From Veleropilina oligotropha (lineage: Eukaryota): DNA of 64,000 nucleotides. The stretch's first letter is position 1, and every line of letters begins with the position of its first letter. The position numbers were made by a program, and so were the translations under genes. Where the stretch lies: the NCBI GenBank assembly GCA_048128005.1, contig JBEUKZ010000068.1:62001-126000 (forward strand), written 5' to 3'. The notes beneath the pieces are model-generated. The model was not told the origin of the DNA and did not search any database. It worked only from the letters and a program-made list of their open reading frames with translations. Of the stretch, positions 10,950-19,058 are shown in pieces.

Positions 10950-12223
10950 ATGGCTAAGAGCGCCTTTGCTTTTAATAGGAGTGCGGCCTATTCGACCGGT
11001 GTGGTGTACCCAGCCCGGATAAAGGATGAGCAGCTTACAAAACCACATGTCGTTGTCTCCTCGTCTGAATCTCCCCATCCTGCCATCGGGGCAGACTACC
11101 CCGACGTCTTTCAAAAATACCGCCTCCCTCACGTCGCGAGTGATCGGCTAATCCAGGCCTGGAACAGCACGCCGATGCGGTTCTGGCAGAACAAGGTAAA
11201 CTTCGCAGTCTGGTGTGCCACAACAGGTTCCAGGATCTCCTCAGAAGACCACTTGAATGCGACCGACCCCCTCTCCAGAGCCGTATTCACCTTCCACGTC
11301 TACTATCAGGTCAGAAGGGTACTGACCGAAATTCAGGCGCCGCTGCCACAAGACAGGACGTGGGATGCATTCGACACCCCGTATGATCGAAGGGCATATG
11401 AGAAGATCTGCAGCGAGTTTGGAGTGTCTCCACATACCGACTGGCGTGTCAAGGGTCCCAACGGTGGACTAGGCACCGCTTTCAGCTACTGGACGAACAA
11501 CGGCTACCACCCCATAGGACGTGAGTACGATCCCAGTCGTATGTCATTCACAAAAGGGACCACCAACTCGAATCTGCACGTGGACTACATCGCGCAAGCG
11601 CCTGCGCTTACAGACGGATGGGCTTCGTTTATTCTGGACAAGTCGGTGGGATTCACGAGGGCCGGCGTGGAAAGGCTCAATGATTCCATCAGGACCTACG
11701 TCTGGGCTATTCTTGGAGCGCAGGCGCAGACACGTGCAAGTATTCTGGGTAGTGGGACGGCATTTGACGCACAGAAACAGTTCCTGGCGAACGTGGAAGA
11801 CGCCATCTCATCCCCCGTTGACCTACCATCAGCCATCAAATGGTACCAAGAGGTGCTTCAGTATGCCATGTCCAAGGTGGACTTCGTATTCGGCGTAGGC
11901 CTTTATATGGCGCCAAGTGACATGCTCCTGCGAATAGGGCAGGTGGCAGGGTATAACAACGAAATCGTAGTTGCCACGGAAGACCAGACACTAGGTCTTA
12001 ACACAACCGTCAACGCGGCCAGTGTTCCACCCACTGGGGAGACTGGAGAAACAGGACTGGTAATTCCACAAGATGCAGTCTTACGGGCAGATGCTCCGAA
12101 GCATTTGGATGCTTCGCCGGCTGTGGCCGCGGCGGGGGGGCAGCTGTGGCACATGACGAGGAGAAGACCGCACTTATCGTGGGCGGCATTGTCGTTGGCC
12201 TAGCGTTCATTTGGCTTATGTGA
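10950..12223 (+). CDS. Unknown ~420-aa viral protein with a probable C-terminal membrane anchor (frameshift at the G-run ~12134-12140)
   Basis: Long ORF 10935-12203; the alternative frame after the G-run reads AHDEEKTALIVGGIVVGLAFIWLM-stop (12223). Confidence 0.65.
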
Positions 12224-13504
12224 CCCACTGTCTAGTGGCAATAAGAAGCAAGCCCCCCACAGATATAATCACAGCCCACATGTTTTCGGCCAGCCACGAC
12301 GCCGCCTTGCCGACCAGGCCGATTAGCCAGGAAAGCAGGCTGCCAATCATGCCTGGGAGTGCCGCTGCCACCTTCCCCGCTAGTTTACCCAGAAGCCGAC
12401 TTAGGGTCCGCAGGTGCTTTTTGACCCACTCCTTGATGCCTTGACCACTGGAAGGTGGTGGGGGTTGTGGTATGCTCGGCGCTCCGCCTGTTAGGGCTAG
12501 TACCAAAGTCGAGATGGCCAACCCGATCGCGGTCAGTATGGTCACAATCGTGACCCCCTGCTCGCGGAATAGGGTCCGGATACGCTCGGCCAGCGTCGTG
12601 TCTGAGTGGAGAATCCGACTTATCATCTCTCGGATCCGGCTGATTTGAGAGCGAAGGGCATCCCGGCTTGATGAGGCTGCCTCTAGGCGAGCTTCTCGTT
12701 CATCCTGTAAGTTGTGAAGACGTTCCGCGATTCGTCGACGGACGAACTCCTCGACACCTCCTTCATCTGCCTGAGCGAGCTTCCTCTTCTCCAGAGCTAT
12801 GTGTTCGTCCAGTGCCGTTAGTTTGGCCAAGTTGTTCGTGAGCTCGCCTCGGATGGTCTGCATCGCCTGGTCCAGCCCGCGAAGCTTACGAAGATTTAAG
12901 GGGGGTCCCCCATCGTGCCTAAGATCTCATCAACCTCAGCATCTGTGAACGTCGTCTCCATTGTGTGGATTGCAGATGCCGCATCTGTAGCGGTCTGCCC
13001 CAAGTCCCGCAGTTCCACGTTGTCTACGTTGGCCGCCGCACCGCTCAACTCATTATCGGCTGTCTGAAAAGCTGCGACGGCTTTTGAGGGCAGCTTTTGT
13101 CCCCCCCCTCCCCCTCCCCGCCTCTCTGGCCGCTTCCAGTCTACGAATCCCAACCCCTCTCTGATCGCTTTACCCCCACGATGCTGGTTAGCTATTGTTG
13201 CGAACGCCATGGGTTTCTTGGTGATAGAATGTATGAGATTGATGTCTGGATAGTCCTTCAGCCGCAATCGCTTATCCACGTACTCGAACTGGGCATAATC
13301 ACGCCACGTGGCCGGGGTCTGCCCCTCCTCCGACAGGGCTTCGTAGTAGCCATCCACCGCTGACTGAACGATCTCTTGCTGCAGATCGCTGGCTCCTTCC
13401 TGTGGCGCCAGAGGCATAAACCCGTCTGTGGATTGTGCCGGCATTGTCACATCCTCATCGTAGATGGTGTTGGTCTCGAACATGGGGTTATCGAATTTCG
13501 CCAT
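12216..13504 (-). CDS. Coiled-coil protein with hydrophobic/amphipathic C-terminal helices (one gene, frameshift ~12900)
   Basis: MAKFDNPMFE (ATG 13504)...GTMGDPP joins LNLRKLRGLDQAMQTIRGEL across a G-run; then a long coiled coil, TM VTIVTILTAIGLAISTLVLAL, an amphipathic helix and a terminal TM. Confidence 0.7.
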
Positions 13505-13547
13505 TTGAATAAAACCGCCGGGGTACGCATCTAATTCAGCCAACACT

Positions 13548-14852
13548 ATGGCAAGCCTATACGGACGCACGCTGGATCCATACCGCAGACTACGAGAGCC
13601 CCTCGGGGTGAAAGGGGTCCGCCAGTCGGTCACCATAACCAATAACCCATCCACGATTGCCGCAAACCAGCAGCTGTTGGTGCGGTTTCCCAATCTCTGG
13701 ATTCATGACGTGATCGTACCAGGGACTGCCCACCTCGCATTCACCATTTCTCTGACCTCGGCTAACCCGAACAGGACCGTAGTTCAGAACATCGGACGCG
13801 CCGTGGTCAAAAAGACCACGATCAAGATCAGTGGCAATGAGATCTTGTCTATAGACGACTCCGACGTGTATCACTGCTACTGTGACCTCTGGAAGACCCC
13901 ACAGGAACGCAATAGCGCCCACTACCAGGGGATTGATACTAGCGACGGACGCAATACTACGAAAAATCGTATCGGTGCGACCGACGCCTTCCGACTTTCT
14001 GAGGACTTGGCCATCTCGGACGCTTACGGTCCGAGGTTCCGCATCCCACTGGATTTCGAGTTGCTGGAGAGCCATATGCCATTCTACCAAAGTGCCCTTG
14101 GAGACCGTCTTGAGTACGAACTCATGTTCAATGATCACTCAAGGACGATCCGGGACACCGATGACCCCGGTTCCAGCTACAGCATCGATAACATTAGCCT
14201 GGAGTATGACATGGTCACTAATCTTGATCTTGCCAGGCTGATTCGTAACCAGTACTCGGGCCGTATCGCCATCCTCTACGACCGTGTGCTCCGGCATCGC
14301 AAGGTCATCTGGGACAAGAGCGACACGCTGTGGAATCTTAATCTGAATGTTCCGGCGAGGTCCATGAAGGGGATCCTACTTCTGTTTGAGGACCCTGCGA
14401 GAGACGCAAAACCATTTGCGAGGGACACCGAGGCCTTCTATAACCCGAAAATTACAAAAGTCGAAATAACTATTGAAGGCGTGCCGAACCAAATCTTTAG
14501 CCAGGGCATGCGTTCCCACCAGATGTGGGACGAAGCCAGGAAGCTGTTCGCCTCCAACCCGATCAGCAAGCGGCATCCTGAGGTGGCGCTGGTTGCCAAG
14601 GATTTGGCTTTGGCAGACGTTACCCTGGGCCAGTTCTTGACGAAAAAGTTTGCCCTATGGATAGACCTGCGAGTCACCGACGACGACCAGCTGCACGGCT
14701 CAGGCCGGAAGATAGAGAATGCCAGCGAGGGTATCACCATCCAGATCACGAAGATGGGTGAAGCAGCCGGCCCGTTGAACATTTACCAGTACGTGATCAT
14801 GGACGTGCAGCTGAACATCGAGAATGGCCGATTTGTCACAGTGCTGTACTAG
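13548..14852 (+). CDS. Major capsid protein (probable double jelly-roll)
   Basis: Intact 434-aa beta-rich ORF; PSTIAANQQLLVRFP...LAFTISL...NIGRAVVKKTTIKISGNEI resembles the N-terminus of Polinton-like virus MCPs; directly followed by the packaging ATPase. Confidence 0.8.
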   Translation: MASLYGRTLDPYRRLREPLGVKGVRQSVTITNNPSTIAANQQLLVRFPNLWIHDVIVPGTAHLAFTISLTSANPNRTVVQNIGRAVVKKTTIKISGNEILSIDDSDVYHCYCDLWKTPQERNSAHYQGIDTSDGRNTTKNRIGATDAFRLSEDLAISDAYGPRFRIPLDFELLESHMPFYQSALGDRLEYELMFNDHSRTIRDTDDPGSSYSIDNISLEYDMVTNLDLARLIRNQYSGRIAILYDRVLRHRKVIWDKSDTLWNLNLNVPARSMKGILLLFEDPARDAKPFARDTEAFYNPKITKVEITIEGVPNQIFSQGMRSHQMWDEARKLFASNPISKRHPEVALVAKDLALADVTLGQFLTKKFALWIDLRVTDDDQLHGSGRKIENASEGITIQITKMGEAAGPLNIYQYVIMDVQLNIENGRFVTVLY

Positions 14853-14854
14853 AC

Positions 14855-15457
14855 GTTTTCCCGCACACCAAGGACCCCCACTCTGCGATCATATGCAGCC
14901 AGACCGGTTGTGGGAAGACGGTTTTCATGCTTGAACTGCTGAAAGGAGTCTATCGGGGGGTGTTCCGGCACATCGTAATCCTCTGCCCCACGATCAAGTA
15001 CAATAAAGCCTACCAGTCCTGTCCATGGATCTGGACTGACCCTGAGGTGTACATAATCCCCCCTGGTGAGCGACTCCATGACTGGTTGCGGGGGTTCTAC
15101 CGGCTTTTCCAGGGGGAGCCGACCCTGTATATAATCGACGACTGCGCCGCCAGCAAAGCCCTCGCCAAGAGGAGGGACATGCTGACTGAGTTGGCCTTTA
15201 GCGGGAGGCATGCCTCCCAGAGTGTATGGGTGGTGACGCAGAAGTACAACTCGGTCCTGAAGGAGCTGCGAGAGCAGACCCGCTGGATCGTGCTGTTTCA
15301 TTGTAAGGACCGGGACTCCTTCGAGGACACACTCCGCGAGAACGACGTAATCCCGTCGCAGGATGATAGGACCGCGGTACGGGCTCTGTTGGCCGAGACC
15401 CGCCACCTAAAACGTCTGTTGAAAACTGATCAGCCCGTTGCTTATAGCGTGTTGTAG
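14855..15457 (+). CDS. A32/FtsK-HerA family DNA packaging ATPase (no in-frame start upstream of Walker A)
   Basis: In frame with ORF 14927-15457, upstream HSAIICSQTGCGKT (Walker A, ~14897-14920); Walker B LYIIDD; SGRH...VWVVTQ...LREQ A32 motifs. Confidence 0.85.
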   Translation, partial: VFPHTKDPHSAIICSQTGCGKTVFMLELLKGVYRGVFRHIVILCPTIKYNKAYQSCPWIWTDPEVYIIPPGERLHDWLRGFYRLFQGEPTLYIIDDCAASKALAKRRDMLTELAFSGRHASQSVWVVTQKYNSVLKELREQTRWIVLFHCKDRDSFEDTLRENDVIPSQDDRTAVRALLAETRHLKRLLKTDQPVAYSVL

Positions 15458-15660
15458 CAGCTACTTAGCAAGCTAGGCATCTAGCAGGCATCTCCTAGCA
15501 CCTACCAGGCATCTACTGAGCAAGCTCTCACATGTCGGACGCGGTATACATATTCTGTGCTTGCAGCCAGGGCCTGCTGTTGCTGTTGCAGGTAGCATTG
15601 TGGTCCTGGCTGTACTACGGTTATATTAGACTGGTGCGGAGATGTTGGAAACGCTTGAGG

Positions 15661-16321
15661 ATGGACAGCCTCATCGATCAACTCTTGGATGACGAGGAAG
15701 AAATGACCACACCGGTCTGCCCCGGGGGGCCCCCACCCCCCACCCCCCTCCCACTCCACGACCTCCGGCAAGGAACCTGTCAGTAACTCCGTAGGCACGG
15801 CAAAGAAACGGGAGAGGATCGCAGCACTAGCTGTTGGAGGGGAAGCCCACTGATACCTGGGGCGGAACCTCACGGTGGACCGAATCGATGCCATGACCGC
15901 CGAAGAGGTTGATAGACACCACGCGAGGTATGAAGCGAGGCTCGGCGCCGAGATGACGAAAACCCTGGGGACTGCGGCGATACACCTGTATGCGGGGGCA
16001 GCTGGGATGTTCTTGCCCATTCCACCGGAAAACCAAATACGGCTGATCGCCGACCTGGAGGCCGACCCATTCATCAGCCATGCGCTCCGCGGTGTCAGCT
16101 GCGAGTTGTATCACCAGTATGGAATGTTTATCGTGCTGCTGACGGCCGCGCTGACCACGGCTAAGCACTGCCGATTTGGACACGTCTGCCCGCCTAAGAA
16201 ACCGCGAGAGCGAGAGCGAGATCAAGATGACGACGCCGGAAACGGACCAGCCGATAGAGAGGGTGACCCAGCCGATAGAGACGATAGAGAGGGTGACCTC
16301 TTCTTCGGGGAAGGACCCTAA
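15661..16321 (+). pseudogene. Unknown viral ORF with frameshift and stop
   Basis: MDSLIDQLLDD... joins KKRERIAALAVGG (stop 15851) YLGRNLTVDRIDAMTAEEV...; frameshift in the C-run ~15730-15755. Confidence 0.5.
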
Positions 16322-16724
16322 GAAGGTGGCTGCAGGGAGGGCCGGAGCTGCTGCGAGGAAGGCCAAACAGGAGAGGCTACTTGCCGAGGTTCGAAAACTT
16401 AAGGAAGACACCCGCACAGTTCCAGAACTACCGGAGGCACAGCCCCAACAAAAACACAGTGGTGCCCCGGCCGAGATGACCGCAGTCGAAAACGATGTTC
16501 GCGCTGGGGGCGCAGTGTCAGATACACGGAAATCGGACCCATTTAATTGGACCTATGGACTCTTCGCTGCAGGCAGGGTTGCGTTGCTATTTGTTGTCTG
16601 GAAACGCAGCAGTGCTCCATCCACACCACATCAACAGCCACCAGCACAGGCGAGGCAGCCCAGGGCCTACCCCCCAGCCACCATCGAATTGGAGACTAGG
16701 CCCAACCCTTTCGATATGCGATAG
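16228..16724 (+). CDS. Small basic protein with KDPKKVAAGRAG motif and one TM segment (approximate start)
   Basis: ORF 16176-16724 (first ATG MTTPETDQ); basic helix; WTYGLFAAGRVALLFVVW hydrophobic stretch. Confidence 0.55.
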
Positions 16725-17053
16725 GTCGAGTAGCAGTACACCATGACCACCCCAATCACTGATAGAAAGAGGCTCGAAGATGCCGTCTATAATTCGGCCA
16801 TAGTGTTAGGCCTTGCCCTCGGCCACTCATGCCTGATGAAGATGGCCCTCAAGCGGAGCTGCTGCGCGGAAGGCCAAACAGGAGAGGCTACTTGCCCAGG
16901 TAAGAAAACTGAAAGAAGACACCCGCACAGTTCCAGAACTTCGGGAGGCACAGCCCCCAAAACAGTGGTGCCCCCCGGGCTCCCCCAGCCACCATCGAAT
17001 TGGAGACTAGGCACAACCCGTTTCATATGCGATAGGTCGAGTAGCAGTACACC

Positions 17054-17292
17054 ATGACTACCCCGATCACTGATGGAAAGATGCTCGGCAACGCCGTCTA
17101 TCACTCGGCCATAGTATCAGGCCTTGCCATCGGCTACTCACGCCTGATAAAGATGGCCTTCAAGGGGGTAAGCCCAAGCTGGACTTCACCGGTTACGATG
17201 TCGGGATGGTCGTCCTCGACGTAGCGCTTGCCATGGCGACGAAAGATATGCTGATCAAGCAGGGCATCATCCCCGCCGACATATTGAAGTAG
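17054..17292 (+). pseudogene. Small hydrophobic viral protein (frameshifted); partial duplicate at 16743-16853
   Basis: MTTPITDGKMLGNAVYHSAIVSGLAIGYSRLIKMAFKG then KLDFTGYDVGMVVLDVALAMATKDMLIKQGIIPADILK-stop in another frame. Confidence 0.5.
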
Positions 17293-17313
17293 CGACGAAG
17301 TACCTGCATTACA

Positions 17314-17742
17314 ATGGCCTCCATAGCGATGCTGGTTGGGGGCGCTCTCGTCAACGCCCTTGCCTTCAGCGGGTCCAACTTCCTATTCTCGAAGTTATGC
17401 AGCTCCGGTGTTGATGAGGAGCGTAAACGTCACGACAAAGCCGTAGAGCAGCTCCAGGCCGCTCAGACTAAGTGGTCCCAAAAGAGGGCAGAGCGTCTCG
17501 ATTGGCTTAACGTTGAACTTCGCCGCCAGGGTCACGCTGTTGGCACTTTCCGGGATGTTGACGCCGTGATCCGTGAGTATGCCTTGATCACGGGCAAGAA
17601 CCTCGACCCCGGTTTGGGGGGTGGCGCTGAGCCCGCCCTGTCTGACTACTACATGCCGAGTGATGGCCAGAAAACGCGTGAGATCGCCTTCGTCATCCTG
17701 GGGATGGCTGCGACCGGGTTGGTCGCCTACAAGCTCGCCTAA
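17314..17742 (+). CDS. 142-aa membrane protein (hydrophobic N- and C-termini, central coiled coil)
   Basis: MASIAMLVGGALVNALAFSGSNFLF...EERKRHDKAVEQLQ...IAFVILGMAATGLVAYKLA. Confidence 0.7.
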   Translation: MASIAMLVGGALVNALAFSGSNFLFSKLCSSGVDEERKRHDKAVEQLQAAQTKWSQKRAERLDWLNVELRRQGHAVGTFRDVDAVIREYALITGKNLDPGLGGGAEPALSDYYMPSDGQKTREIAFVILGMAATGLVAYKLA

Positions 17743-17788
17743 GTGCTATTATTTCCAGTGGACATTTTTTTCGTGGACATGTATAATA

Positions 17789-18043
17789 ATGGGGCTCCCA
17801 GAAGAGCTGTACTTTGCCTTGCTAGAGGTGGGCCTTGGTACTACGTCAGTCGACTGCTGGCGGCGCAACGAAAAGACTATGGTGCGGTTCGCGGTCATGG
17901 TGCTCTCGGGCCCGACCAACCTACGGGCGACGACTGCGCAGCTTCCGAAGGCGGATGCTGAAGCCTGTTGGAGACTGATCACGTTGCTGGAATACCTCGC
18001 AAGTCTCGATGGCAGCGAAGAGACAAAAGCCCCTGACGGCTAA
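17789..18043 (+). CDS. Small hypothetical viral protein
   Basis: ATG at 17789 (MGLPEELYFALLE) within ORF 17621-18043, filling the gap before the integrase. Confidence 0.4.
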   Translation: MGLPEELYFALLEVGLGTTSVDCWRRNEKTMVRFAVMVLSGPTNLRATTAQLPKADAEACWRLITLLEYLASLDGSEETKAPDG

Positions 18044-19058
18044 AGAACTCGACCGGAAGCTTGCGAATAGCTACTATAGCCCCCGAGACTACTGGAAAGG
18101 GATCGCCACGATAAAACATCTCTCGGCCGCAGTAGATGTCGCTGAAGACGTGGCCCGGGATTGGCTGAAGAAGCAGGCCATCTGGCAAATCTATTTACCT
18201 GCGCCACGGCGGATTCCAAGACCAAAATTCGACGTCGTAACGCCGAACGAGGTTCACCAAGCCGACCTCCTGTTTCTGCCCCACGACACAGTGGGCTTGG
18301 CACGAAAGCAACGGAGCTACAAGTATGCGCTGACGGTTGTTGACGTGGCCTCACGCTACAAAGAGGCTGAGCCTCTGGCCACAAAAGAGGCCAAAGGGGT
18401 TGCTGAAGCTCTGTCTCGAATCTACAGGCGGAGTCCTCTTAGCTGGCCGAAACTGCTTCAAGTCGACCCAGGGAGGGAGTTTATGGGCGCGGTCTCCCAG
18501 CTGCTGGCTACAAATAACGTCGAGGTTAGGCGTGGCTGTGTGGATATTCATCGCGACCAAGGGATCGTGGAGCGCTTCAACCGGACGCTCGCAGAGCGGC
18601 TCTTCGGGCACCAGTATGCAAGAGAGATGCGTTTCGTAGGGACTGCAAAAGAGGGTCAAAGGTCGACTGAGTGGGTGGCCAGGCTGCCCGCCGTTGTTGC
18701 GGTCTTGAATGGGGAAGTGACCCGCCTCACCGGTAAAAAGCCCAAGGACGCCATCAAGGCGCCTCGCGTTGTACAAAATCCTTCTTCCACTGTTCCAGGC
18801 CGACAGGGGAAGGAACAGAAACTCCCCTCTGACGTAGATGTTCGCTACCTATACCAGCCCGGCGAGTTGGAGGGTGGTCGCCGGCGAGCGACGGACCCGG
18901 TGTGGTCTTTGAAGGTTCACAGGCTTGGACGCTCTGTCACGAAGCCTGACGAGCCTGTGCTCTACTACTTGCTCGATGGACCACCGCGTGGGTTCGTTCG
19001 AGAGGAACTGCTCGTGGTGCCTCGTGACACCCAGCTGCCACCGGTTCTCAGGCGTTAA
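18009..19058 (+). CDS. Retroviral-type (rve) DDE integrase, Polinton type
   Basis: HQADL, YALTVVDVASRY, LQVDPGREF, GIVERFNRTL: D-D-E triad intact in an uninterrupted 349-aa ORF. Confidence 0.93.
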   Translation: MAAKRQKPLTAKELDRKLANSYYSPRDYWKGIATIKHLSAAVDVAEDVARDWLKKQAIWQIYLPAPRRIPRPKFDVVTPNEVHQADLLFLPHDTVGLARKQRSYKYALTVVDVASRYKEAEPLATKEAKGVAEALSRIYRRSPLSWPKLLQVDPGREFMGAVSQLLATNNVEVRRGCVDIHRDQGIVERFNRTLAERLFGHQYAREMRFVGTAKEGQRSTEWVARLPAVVAVLNGEVTRLTGKKPKDAIKAPRVVQNPSSTVPGRQGKEQKLPSDVDVRYLYQPGELEGGRRRATDPVWSLKVHRLGRSVTKPDEPVLYYLLDGPPRGFVREELLVVPRDTQLPPVLRR

